Shown here: one piece after another, positions 13,101 through 23,368 of the stretch | How positions within the stretch are numbered: the stretch's first letter is position 1 | How the letters are laid out: each line of letters opens with the position of its first letter | Assembly (NCBI GenBank): GCA_030248215.1 | Contig: JASANG010000245.1 | Location: forward strand, 124,001 to 188,000 | Source: Enoplolaimus lenunculus | Taxonomy: Eukaryota | Length of the DNA: 64,000 nt | Direction of reading: 5' to 3' | The notes under the pieces: model-generated | What the model was told of the DNA's origin: nothing | The model's input: the letters and a program-made list of their open reading frames with translations, nothing else | The model's database searches: none | Translations under genes and position numbers: made by a program

Positions 13101-16100
13101 TATACATGGGCCGTCATAATCGTCAACAATTGCAACTATTTTTATTGACACAAACACATCTTGGTCAAGATCTATCGTAGCCAAAATTTGACTTCGGGAT
13201 TCACTCAAAATCACGTGTAAACGTCAGTTTTGAGCGAGCTGTGAGCAAGTGAGAACAATTTTTTTACCTCCAAAATTCATAACGTCATCTGACGTATACT
13301 AAAAGTATGTGGTTCTTGTATCTTTAGATATTTCTGGATATCTTCGACGTGGCCCATGTATAGAACAGGGCCGGAACAGTAGTATAAAGCATATTTCTAA
13401 GCCTAAGCCTGAGCCTAAGCGTAAGAATGAGCCTAAGCCTAAACCTAAGCCTAAGCCTAAGCCTAAGCCTAAGCCTAAGTGTAATAATAAGCCTATGCCT
13501 AAGCCTAAACCTAAGCCTAAGCCTAAGCCTAAGCCTAAGCCTAAGTGTAATAATAAGCCTATGCCTAAGCCTAAACGTAAGCCTAAGCCTAAGCAAAAAA
13601 TTAAGTCTAAAGCTTAAACTGACTCTATTACAGCCCCGCCGGAAACCGATCCGATCCTGTTCTATACGTTGGCCTTCTATCCGGTTTATTGTATACACAC
13701 ACGTGCGCCTGTAGACCTTTGAAAATTAATGGCAGGATTTGTTTGAAATGAACGCGAGTTGGCTGTATGCAGATTTACGAAAATTAATTGCTATGGTTCA
13801 GTTGTAATTTATCCGTTCATTCACTTACGTTTCGAATGTTTGCAAACAGTGTTTTCCATACGTGTGAAATTCTAGGAAATTTGCTATTCTCTTGTTTAGA
13901 TTTTCGTCAATAAACCGTTTTAGTTTTAAATGTGACATATCTATGGCTTCCGCTACGTTTGGCTGTCGGCTCACACAAATAAAACCCCACGATTAGTAAA
14001 AGCGCTATAAGTTAGTATCTAAAGGTCTAACGTACCATACACAGCGTTCATAGTGTAACAATAGCGTCTTTATCACGGTACAACCGGAGGTCTGCGTCCG
14101 GTTCCGGAAGAAAATCGGCTTCCGGCGTCGGGTATTTTTCACCTCCGGTTGCACCCTTGTCTTTATAGTATGGCATTTACGAAAATTTTATTTTCTATGG
14201 TTTCAAACGTTTATAGTGTTTTTAAACATGGCAAACCAGCTTGTGCGACATTTCAAGCTTGAAATATAGTTATTTTATTTCTGTGAACCATAGAGCCAAT
14301 ATCACTTGAAATCGGTTTAAAACACGATTACTGACTAGTGAAAAGCGGGGATTATAAGTATGAGAAAAATACAGCTTGACGCTCTGACCTTCCAAAACAT
14401 CATTTTAGGCTAAGGTTGGTTCGCGTTAACCAGAACTATTAGATAAAATCGTTATCTGGCAAACGGTAATTGGTTTGCATATCTGGCAACTTTGTGAACT
14501 TGGAATGCAAGATATAAACGTTTGCTGCAGAATGTATATTTACTGTGCAACTTAAACGTTGATCTGTATAACCAAGAGTGGATAATCGCTATTTAACAAG
14601 AGTGTACAACTGGACACATTCTGTGTTGTTTTTGCCCTTCTCATCTTTATTTAGAGGGGGATACAACCGGTGCTTATTTGTGCGGAGTCAAACATGCTTC
14701 CCTTATAGTTTAATTTAGGGTATTCACGTGATAGCGACCCCCCTCTAAACAAGGGGGTCGGCCAAAAACGCAACACCCTGTGGTACATTTTGTACCATGC
14801 GAAACCCCAAGAGTTGCACACTCACACTTGATATAACTCAGTTACCTAAGCCTAAATAGTAACCTGAAATGTGAAAGAAGAATCACGACCCAATGTTACT
14901 TTAAGGGGTATAACAGTAGATTAAGCCTATTCCTAAGCCAAAGCCTAAGCCTAAGCGTAGCAAAAATGTGTTCCTAAGCCTAAACAAAAATTGTAATCTA
15001 GAATCTAAACCTACTCTTTTATAGACCTACCAGAAACCTGGACGCCCTTTAAAGTAACATGGGCCAATTATCCCATGAGCTGAACCGAGTTTTGTTGCTT
15101 CTGATGATATTCTTGTTGCTTTATTTCATCATACCGGCTTTATTAACAACATTAATAATGTATTAATTTGAGATTAATTTGTCAATTACTGCCTCAGTAA
15201 TAGAGAGCATGAATGCTTTATTTGTTGTAAATAATTGCCTTAATACAAAACGCGCTATGTTTATTTTATCAGCCTAGCCTTAACTTCAGTTCAGGGAACG
15301 GTTTTTTAATTTCATTGCTCAGTGCAGGCCTGTAGCCAAACGAGAGGGGGCTATAGACGGCTCAGTCCCCCCTGGAAAAATATTGCCCTCCCTGGAAAAT
15401 TTTTAACCTTGCTTGTAAACTCATAGCAAATCGGCCTCTACTGAAAATTTTTTAGGCTCCCTAGCAAGGTGAGCTGCCTACCAGCGTGGGTCAGTGACGT
15501 TTAATAGGTAAATGGTATCAATGGATTTTGTACGATTTGGGCCTGACCCACAGTTGGGGTAGCGTATTTTAGGGTGCCAGCAGTGTAAAAATTTCGCGCA
15601 GGTGCTAAAACATTTTTTGGGTAAGGAAAATTGGCCCATACCGCTTTTAAGGGGCAAGGCCGGGTCCGTTTAATAGTGCTAAATTATGTTGTCCGCAAAC
15701 TCAACACTGCTGTTTATCTTGAACGCCATCTGCACTGTTGTATCTGAGTATACAGTGCTAAATAGTACCAAGAGTGTATGATACATGAGTATGCAAATCT
15801 GCGGTTACCGCACGGTACAAAAAGTACCATAGGACGTTGCGTTTTGGGTCCACACCTTCCTCATTTATAGAAGGCTACAACATGCGCGAACCATGGCATT
15901 TATGTATCCGGCATCATAAATGTTCCACTTATTGTTTGATTTTGGGTTATTGCATGGTACAGCGACCCCCCTTCTAAATAACAAGTGGACGAGCAAAGAC
16001 GCAACGGCCGGTGGTAAATAACGTACCATGCGGAACGCCAGGAGTTGCATACTCTTGTATCATTGCACTATTGCTTAAACGCATGAATAATTACGATTGT

Positions 16101-17742
16101 ACCAGCGCTACCGTACAGACAAGCGACCGACATTTTAATAAAATATTAATTTCAGTTTTAGCAAAATTTACACAGTCAGACTGTGTATAAACTAACAGCA
16201 AAATATTGCAGTTCCAGGTGACGGATAAGCGATTTGTTTAAAACTCCCTTAAAACCATATACCTAAAAGCAACTGCTTCATTGAATCTTATCGCCATTTG
16301 ACCAAAATGCCCCAACTCAACGGCCAGGGTGGCTCTCAGCCTCCCATGGAAAAATTTTGGGCCCAATAGCAAATTTTTGAACCTGGCTTGTAAGTCATTA
16401 AAATAGCCTTGAATGCCCCTCCTGAAAATTTTTTTGACCCCCGCCCCCCTAGCAAGGTGAGCTGTCTACTGGGCCTGTGTGGTCAAGTGAACCTTTGATG
16501 TTGCCGCTGTACTTGAAACGATAGTTTACATTAATTGGAAATTTTCAATATCGAAAGGATTACATGGTCAAGATAATTTCAGCTTATTTTCTAAATGAGA
16601 CCATAATCTTCGTGATTGCAGTTGAATACCTTTTAAGGTTCATACCTGTATGAGAAGCGAAACAAAGTTAATCAACACCTACTGTAACCTTCATACAGTC
16701 CATGCAGCGTACAGAGCTTGAAGCAACTCGTTAGGTTTAAGTCGCTGCTCTTCAGCAATAATTATATAGCGATTTTATAACGCAATATCGTGTTACAATT
16801 ATTACCTATGAGATACTCAGTAAGAATTTTCTCATTAACCCTTTCTCACATGAATATTTGCAATTTCTCATGAGATGTCATTTTAAGGTGAGATTCGATC
16901 CCCAGTCTCACGGGTGGGAGGCGGTTATGATGACCACTGAGCAATAGGAGCTTGACGCTCGAGCCCGAGGGGGCTGAAACGTCTTGTGGAGATGTTACAC
17001 TGCGCATATATGTTATAAATGTTAAACACTGTTCACATTGTGTGTATTGCTCGTACATTAATATATTTAGTTGCTCATAGTATACTCTATGAGTGAAAGG
17101 GTTAATTTAAATGTTCAAATAAAAAACCGGTTTATGTCAATAATAGAGGTCTACCAACTCGGAGACAGGCTTCGGGTGGCTGAGAGACATGAAGCTTAAA
17201 CTTGTTTAGAATTAAAACATTTTCAGGGCTGCCGTTAGTTTTGCTGAAAGTCCTTGTGATACCCGCATGCAAGGACCTATAAAGCGGGCTGGACCAATGT
17301 TACTTTTAGAGGCGTAACCGTAGATTTAGCGTATTCTTAAGTCTAACCCTAAACCTAAGCGTTGTAAAATGCGTTCCTAAGCAAAAGCCTAAGCGTTACA
17401 ATAATGTTTGTTCCTGAGCTTAAACCTAAACAAAAATGTGATCTAGAATCTAAACAGTACTCTTTTACAAACCCACCAGAAACCTGGACGCCCCTAAAAG
17501 TAACATGGACCACGGGCTGTATGCGTTGCTGTTTATTAATCAGTTTAGCGTAGTCAAACCAAAAAATGCAATTATTTTCTGGTTAAGTGAAAACATTAAC
17601 ATTGTTTACTAATTGCAGGTTGCCACTGTCACATACTTGTTTCAATCAGCTAATTTTACCTGATTATGGTGATAAAAGACTGCTGCGAAGTAAACTAGCA
17701 ATTGCGTTGGCCCACGGCACAGAAGGTTTCGGACTTGAATAG
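1087..17742 (+). CDS. HECTD2: HECT-domain E3 ubiquitin ligase, HECTD2-like; 5'-partial, 11 coding exons in window
   Basis: Phase-consistent GT-AG exons 1087-1183, 2180-2293, 3285-3417, 3901-3995, 4780-4947, 5760-5834, 7530-7617, 8560-8666, 9721-9836, 11057-11218, 17619-17742. Translation includes FSFCQYPF, VRRSHLLQDSL, GEPGLDMGGLTKEWF, LMGLAVYN, GFHSVCASN, TGSDRVPVGG, catalytic HTCFNQL and C-terminal EGFGLE*. This matches my recollection of HECTD2. Confidence 0.93.
1221..1573. mobile_element. Merlin-like MITE type A with internal TTAGGC repeats
   Basis: TIR GGCCCATGTAAAGATCAGGGGCGGAAC type; TSD caggtttc/catgtttc. Confidence 0.75.
1782..2007. mobile_element. Harbinger/Tourist-like MITE family (also about 39698-39922, about 41294-41512, 54020-54230)
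   Basis: TIR ggcccgtattctcaaatg; 3-bp TAG TSD at the 54020 copy. Confidence 0.65.
2180..2293 (+). CDS. HECTD2: HECTD2-like exon (DSIIGSLM...VRRSHLLQDSLEE)
   Basis: ttttag acceptor, gtaaga donor, 114 nt, phase 0-0. Confidence 0.92.
2663..2945. mobile_element. MITE with gccctattcacac-type ends and TGCA-rich interior (also about 31560-31655, 40537-40580, 48300-48565)
   Basis: Dispersed similar copies in both orientations. Confidence 0.55.
3285..3417 (+). CDS. HECTD2: HECTD2-like exon (LSNKQ...GEPGLDMGGLTKEWFQLLVGQIFHPDY)
   Basis: ttttag / gtaaag; N-terminal HECT motif. Confidence 0.94.
3901..3995 (+). CDS. HECTD2: HECTD2-like exon (GMFVYHSKAEVFWF...EYNFIGV)
   Basis: ttatag / gtaggt; phase 1-0. 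Confidence 0.92.
4115..4503. mobile_element. Fold-back MITE with about 80-bp imperfect inverted arms
   Basis: cgtagcccaa...aattgggctag arms at both ends. Confidence 0.55.
4780..4947 (+). CDS. HECTD2: HECTD2-like exon (LMGLAVYNGVILDIRFPVVCYKKLL...FMP)
   Basis: ttttag / gtaagt; 168 nt. Confidence 0.94.
5760..5834 (+). CDS. HECTD2: HECTD2-like exon (ETARGLNELLNYEGDVEQDYGLNFQ)
   Basis: ttttag / gtgaat; 75 nt. Confidence 0.92.
6300..7505. mobile_element. Composite/nested TIR element (cagggttg end, GGAAAAAAT subterminal repeats, internal inverted arms about 6510-6610 and 6810-6915)
   Basis: Inverted subterminal repeats; no coding capacity. Confidence 0.45.
7530..7617 (+). CDS. HECTD2: HECTD2-like exon (ITVDEFGSIRTIELKENGAEIPVTNDNRQ)
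   Basis: ttacag acceptor; weak gttcac donor, but phase fits the next exon. Confidence 0.88.
8560..8666 (+). CDS. HECTD2: HECTD2-like exon (EYVDCYVEWLINKSIYHQF...GFHSVCASNVML)
   Basis: tttcag / gtaagt. Confidence 0.93.
9721..9836 (+). CDS. HECTD2: HECTD2-like exon (MLRAEEVELLVCGS...YDGYGVNDKTI)
   Basis: ttttag / gtatgt. Confidence 0.93.
9929..10127. mobile_element. CACTG-terminal palindromic MITE family E (CMC/EnSpm-like); also about 3083-3225, 27911-28181, 43581-43782, 51880-52092, 52541-52760, about 59864-60020, 60187-60388
   Basis: About 90-bp TIRs cactgcaaaaaatggtgagtcaaattgactctc; 2-bp TSDs (TA at 9929, 51880 and 52541; TG at 27911). Confidence 0.8.
10749..10995. mobile_element. Second CACTG-terminal MITE family (also 57813-58249, interrupted by a Merlin-like MITE at 57843-58015)
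   Basis: TIR cactgtaaat.ccagtgagttgatt. Confidence 0.7.
11057..11218 (+). CDS. HECTD2: HECTD2-like exon (LFWD...FVTGSDRVPVGGMRELNFKI...)
   Basis: ttttag / gtaagt; HECT C-lobe. Confidence 0.93.
11438..11629. mobile_element. Merlin-like MITE type C (also 14888-15065, 17291-17511, 17785-17976, about 18190-18353, 30676-30911, 31238-31465, about 33071-33232, 49680-49856)
   Basis: TIR ggcccaatgttacttt / aaagtaacatgggcc; perfect 8-bp TSD agaatcac. Confidence 0.8.
11987..12720. repeat. Minisatellite, 20-bp unit gccgtggctag(c/g)catattat, about 35 copies, with occasional 25-bp variants
   Basis: Direct reading; lies in the last HECTD2 intron. Confidence 0.97.
12902..13112. mobile_element. Merlin-like MITE type B (also 13351-13674, 18777-19030, 27172-27324, 32878-33020, 33759-33953, about 46712-46980, about 59300-59355)
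   Basis: TIR ggcccatgtatagaacagggccg; perfect 8-bp TSD gtcataat. Confidence 0.8.
14572..14825. mobile_element. Unclassified dispersed repeat with gagtgtgcaac/gttgcacactc ends (also about 4995-5330, 15769-16055, 18469-18765, 37820-38130, 49398-49605)
   Basis: Six similar copies sharing gtaccac..ggcgttgcgtttttggccgacccc and tttagaggggg blocks. Confidence 0.65.
16839..17101 (-). mobile_element. piggyBac-like MITE carrying a tRNA-like A/B-box module
   Basis: TTAA|ccctttctcacat ... atgagtgaaaggg|TTAA. Confidence 0.8.
17619..17742 (+). CDS. HECTD2: HECTD2-like terminal exon (LPLSHTCFNQLILP...EGFGLE*) with the catalytic Cys
   Basis: ttgcag acceptor; TAG at 17740-42. Confidence 0.95.
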
Positions 17743-19433
17743 TTTTAATCTAAACGCTGGAACGCTTGCGATGCGTAATTTGGGGGCCCATGTTACTTTA
17801 AGAGGCGTCCAAGTTTCTGGTGGGTCCATAAAAGTGTAGGTTTAGATTCTAGATTACATTTTTTTGCTTAGGCTTAGGCTTAGGCTTAGGAACATAGTTT
17901 TGCAACGCTTAGGTTTAGGCTTAGGTTAAGGAATACGCTTAATCTACTGTTACGCCCCTTAAACTAACATTGGGCCGTGATTCTAATGATTTTTCACTGC
18001 GCTTGTACACGTTTATTTCACATTTATAAGTTTACTATTTAGGCTTAGGTAGAAGATTTAGGCAAAAAGTTAATGTCAAAAATTAGGCTTCGATAAAACA
18101 GCCGGACCCAATTATAGTCTCTTGTGGACTTTTATTTACTTACATTTTATGTATTTGAAAGCCTGAAGCATTTGACCAGAAAAATCTCTACGCCTTTGCA
18201 ACGCTTAGGCGCAGGCTTAGGTTTAGGTTTAGGAATACGATTTTGCAACCCTTAGGCTTAGGCTTAGGCTTTGGAATACGCCTTTGCAACGTTTAGGCTT
18301 AGGCTTAGCAATACGCTTAATCTGCTGTTACGGCCCTAAAAGTAACATTAGCCAAAATTGCAAAGGTCAAAAATACACAATCAATTTACAGTTATCTCGT
18401 AACCAAAATAATAGTTTGTACAACAAAACGACATATGCATTCGAGACAGCAATTGTTACTGGTAAATGCCAAGAGTGGATGATCACTCTTTAACAAGAGT
18501 GTGCAACTACCGAAATTTGTGTAGTAAAAATGTACCACCGGGCGTTGCGTTTTTGGCTGATCTCTGTTTATTTCTCAGGGTTCTTCTCTCAATGTAATAC
18601 CTCTAAATTAAACTATAAAAGCAAAGCATTTTTGATGCCTTATGTATACAGTGTCATGGTTCGCACAAGGTTCACCTTGCCAAATAAGGGGCGGTTTATC
18701 CAAAAACGTAACGTGGGCCGGGTACATTCTTTTGTTTACGGAATGCACACAGTTGCATATTCTGGTTGAAGCTATGGGCCCATGTATAGAACAGGGCCGG
18801 ATTGTTTTCCTGCGCCGCAATAATAGAGTTAGTTTAAGGTTTAAACTAAACTTGTTTGCATAGGCTTAGGCTTAAGAATAGGCTCATCATTACGCTTAGG
18901 TTTAGGCTTAGGCTTAGGCTTAGGAATTGGTTCATCCTTACGCTTAGGCTTAGGCTTAGGCCTAAGCTTAGGCTTAGGCTTAGGAATATGCTTATACAAC
19001 TGTTCCGGCCCTGTTCTAAATATGGGACAAAGTACGCATCATTCACAATTGGTAATTCTAAAACCGTTTCGCTTTGAGTGACAACAGCGTCAGAAATCTA
19101 AGTATATCGAATGATAAATTATTTTCAAATTTCTAAACTATGAGTTGTTTCTGGTCTTTATTTGGCAGGATTAGTATGTGCTTTGTAGTATAGTTTTTTC
19201 AAAATTTCCATGAATGCTTAGCATTTATCAACTCATGATAGGAAATACACGTATTTGAAAAATTTGGTGCTGGTTGCCTCAGAGAAAACCGTGCTAGGAA
19301 AATATTACAAGATTGCAGGCCAGGTATATCAGCAAAAACATGCTGGTTGTAGAATTTAATTCGTTTTAAGCAATCATTTAATTGCACTTCTTTAGCTTTT
19401 CTTAAGTGTTTCAAATCTATCATTAACTGGTAA

Positions 19434-19868
19434 TGGGTCATCCACGTTGTACTGTCTACGCTACTGTAAAAAAGGTGTATCCACATGCGAGTCCCTAAGT
19501 TCGTAATTGCAGTGTTTCCTTGTCAGATATACAAACGTCACCCACATCCAGCGTATACCCACTTGACAAATGGCATAATCTCAGAATGGCGTACGCTTCG
19601 TCACATTTACAAAGTATGTACGAAAAGACTCTGTTTAGCAATTATATGCAGAGTCGGTCTGAAGGAACTCTTATTGTCAGACACTGTGCCAAACAATGTC
19701 CACACCGTCTCTATTCCCTACGAAGGTACTACCGCCAAAAAGACACTAACAAAGACTCGCTATTAAGTCCTAATACGTCTTAAGAACAATATCGTTTTGT
19801 ATTGCCATTGCATCCAAGTGTGTGAACTTTTTTTACAGTAGCATAGACAGTATAACGTGGATGACCCA
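19434..19868. mobile_element. Harbinger/Tourist-like MITE
   Basis: About 43-bp TIR tgggtcatccacgtt.tactgtcta.gctactgtaaaaaa; TAA on both sides. Confidence 0.7.
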
Positions 19869-22800
19869 TAATAAGCATTTCAGTATCCGCACGCCCTAGC
19901 GAAACTTGAAGCAAACCCAGCTTTAAGAAAGAGCGATTCACCCTCTGTTTAGATTTTCGAATTAAGTTTTTCTCTGGCGTTGGTTCCATTAGATCCTAAT
20001 GAACTATGGTCACTTGACTCGAACCGTTGACTCAATTTCAAACTGTGCCACAGGGAACCGTCGCTCGAGACCCCATAGTTGCCCACCTGGCCGAAAGTAA
20101 CTTAACGTCCGCAAAGGTACCGGATCCTTAATTTCTGAAGCTCAGCAATACTTAAGCCTATTTCGGCATATGACAGAAATTCGAAATATCACTGATTACA
20201 GTTTTGTTTTGCTAAAAAATCAGACGTTTAGTTTGCTTCGATTCATTTGATAAGAATTATCCTGAATGCCTCAGGGAATTTTGTTCTGTTTTCTGATCAT
20301 CGCTTTTTAAACGAAACAGACTCGGCCGACTGTCGGTTAGCGACTTGAAAATATTCGCTAGAAATTAATGCATTGGCATTATAAGACTTCTTTACTTTGT
20401 TTAGGCTTGAAAACATTTAATATTTTGGGCCAATGTAACAAACAGGGGCGTACCAGTATTTTAAGCATATTCCTAAGCCTAATCCTAAGCGTAAGAATGA
20501 GCATATTACTAAGCCTTACTCTAAGCCTAAGCCTAAGCCAACCAAAAATAGTCTAAAGTTCAAGCTTTTACTGTGTTGCAGTCCCACAGAAACACGTTCC
20601 GCCCCTTGTAGGTGGCTGTGCCACACTTAAACCTATTTCAAACTAAAAACTAAAACTAAAAATAAAACCCTATATCAAAACCACACCTTAAGGGAGTCCC
20701 TGGCTCCACCTAGTCTCTCTTAGAACCTAAGTTAGGCTTAGGCGTGGCTACAAAGCGTAGAAACTATAAAATTGATGTTATGGCGGCTGTGTCCGCAATG
20801 TGAAACTTACCTGGGCCCTGCGTGGCCGTATGACGTTATTGATTAATTTTGCAATTGTTGCTAGCTATTTTTGCGGATAACGACATAGCTAGGCTATGTC
20901 AGCACCGAAATGGTGCTTTATGATTGGCTTTAAAAATAACCATATTGTTGTTGTTGTTGTGTTGTGTTGTGGCAAGGAAGTGATACCGGGTGTGTGGCTC
21001 TGGACCTCAACCGCATCGCGGACACCCAATTGTGGGTGTCGGCAGAAATGCAAATGAGGTCGAGATGCATATGGGTAGCCAGGACCGGAATCATTATTAT
21101 ATTCTTGGCTGGTAGAAACGTTCTGCTAATTTTGCGGTAGGATATTTGTGCGCGCATATAGTTTATTTCACTTATTTTTGTTGAACTTGTACGGATCGCG
21201 GTAAGTAAGATCGAATCAAATTAGTTTAAGTTTAGTCACGGTGGCTTAAGATGTGAAGGAAACTACGGAGTACTGGTTTAATCGGCATTGCGCAAGGCGC
21301 GGGAATTACCCAGTATTGGATACTGGTGTTATGTGTTAAACGGGAAACTTGGGCATTACCGGAGAACCTGGAAAAAGTAGTCTAATAAATCTAACGGGGT
21401 TAGATTTATTATTCTACAACGGCTGGGCCAAATCTAACGGGGTTAGATTGGTCGGAAATTTGGTGTAACTCTAACGGGGTTAGAGTACACGGTTTAACAG
21501 GGTGTAATTCTAACGGGGTTAGAATTGCACAGATTCTGGAAAACGGCAAAAATATTAGTAACGGTAAAGCCAGTGGTTGGATTAAACCAGATTCAGGCGT
21601 CGGCTTTAAGGATTCCGGCTCGGGTTGCCAGTTAAATTGCATAACCTGTAATTTGCTGGTATTGAATATCGAATATTTAGTGTCATACGGGTTTTGGGTT
21701 GGGATTTCGAATAAACATTTACCGGCCGCGTTTACTAAATCAGAGCGATAAGCATACATCGAGGAAAGAACGTAACAGGCGATACAGGGTACAGGCTTAA
21801 GACAAAATCACGAACTTCTCACACCCCTGATCTTTACATGGGCCAAATTTTAACTGAATTTAAAATTAAGTATTTTTTTAATTTGTTAAAAAATTTGTCA
21901 CAATTCCATACGGACGGCTTTATTCCTAAAATCTCAACCGACGTTCTGAATGTAAATTCAAAACACAGTTATTTACACATTAGAAATATCGTTGACACGT
22001 TACCATACAGACTCGGTACCGTTCCCGAACTGGTTCAATTGTATGCCATTTACGGCGTCGTATTTTACCAACCCGGCGCCACTGAAAACTAAAAATTTGG
22101 CAATCGAATTTAAATACTACTTGTGTCTGGCTCGCAGCTCGCTTTGCTTGCTAAAGTTTCATGCACTATACCACTGCTTTGACCCCTAAGTAGCTTAGAA
22201 TAGGATCCGTTTTTGAATGCCGTCTGCTCTGACAAATAAATATAGCTGTTATAATGCGTCGTCGCTAGTAAACTCTTTCTTAAATAGTTTTATAAACTGA
22301 GAAGAAACTGTATACTTTATAAACAAAAAGTATATTTCCAAACTTCACAACACCGATTTTAACTCTTATTTGAAATTTATACCATTTTAGTTGACCAAAG
22401 CCCTTGGATACTTTTACAGTTATTGCCAAGGGCGGTGATATTGTAACCATAAGGGGTGCGCGCTCCGTATTACCAAAATACATCTGGGAGGGGGTTACGT
22501 GAGAAAAGATTGTATTGGAATGCCGGAACCAGGAGATTTACGGAACAATCCAATAGCGAATTGTTCTAACAACGAGTCCACGAACTATTTGTCTCATGCT
22601 ACTTTTAGGGGCAAACTAAGCGTAGCCTTTAGCCTATTTTTTACTTTGGCTTAAGCATAGTTATGGGCGTATCGCTGCGCTGAGATTTAAGCTGAAGCTT
22701 AGACTTAGGCTTAGTCTCAATCTCAAGAATATGCTTTTACTACAGTTACACTCCTCAAAGTAACACTGAACAACTATTTGATGATACAAACAGGAGGGGG

Positions 22801-23182
22801 TAAAACCTCTGTTAGCTAAAGCTTTAGACTATTTTGTTTGCTTGGCTTAGGCATAGGCTTAGGAATATGCTCATTCTTACATTTAGGCTTAGGTTTAGGC
22901 TTAAGAATAAGTCTATAATACTATGCCGCCCCTGTTCTTTGCATTGGCAGTAAAAGACAAACAATTGGTACACTTTAAATCAAGATCCACAACTTTACGT
23001 TCAAATTCTAAATGAAACATCAAAATATAAGAATTTCTGGCAAAATAAGAATCGTACCTAATTATAGTCTCTTGTTGTTGGCTTTTAATTTAGTTACATT
23101 TTGCGTATTTGAAAGCCTGCAGTATTCATTTGACCAGAAAAATCTTTAAATTTCTAAAAACTTGCAATATATTAAATGTTTC

Positions 23183-23368
23183 GGCCAGTGTAAAGAACAG
23201 GGGCGGAACAGTATTATATGCATATTCCTAAGCCTTAGCCTAAGCGTAAGAATGAGCATATTCCTAAGCCTAAGCCTAAACCAAGCAAAAAATTAGTCCA
23301 AAGCTTAAGCTTACTCTATTGCAGTTCCACAGAAAAACGTTCCGCCCCTGATCTTTACATGCGGACCG
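23183..23368. mobile_element. Merlin-like MITE type A (further copies 9392-9609, 20428-20606, 28601-28812, 29079-29221, 29453-29748, 34434-34722, 38863-39463, about 50001-50190, 55332-55547 and fragments)
   Basis: TSDs aatgtttc/gatgtttc, catgcagt (29453, perfect), aacttttg (34434, perfect). Confidence 0.8.

Noticed and set aside
13400..13600. TTAGGC runs as true telomere or chromosome-fusion relics, or as evidence of a nematode host
   Set aside because: Runs are short, occur in both orientations, and lie within MITEs or recognisable MITE fragments
19199..19989. Overlapping 70-95-aa ORFs as a gene or transposase
   Set aside because: They straddle the TIRs of a 435-bp MITE; no recognisable domain or splice pattern
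20803..20815. Canonical U1 snRNA gene
   Set aside because: Only the 5' motif and an Sm-like site match; the U1-70K and U1A loops are missing. Kept only as a candidate finding.
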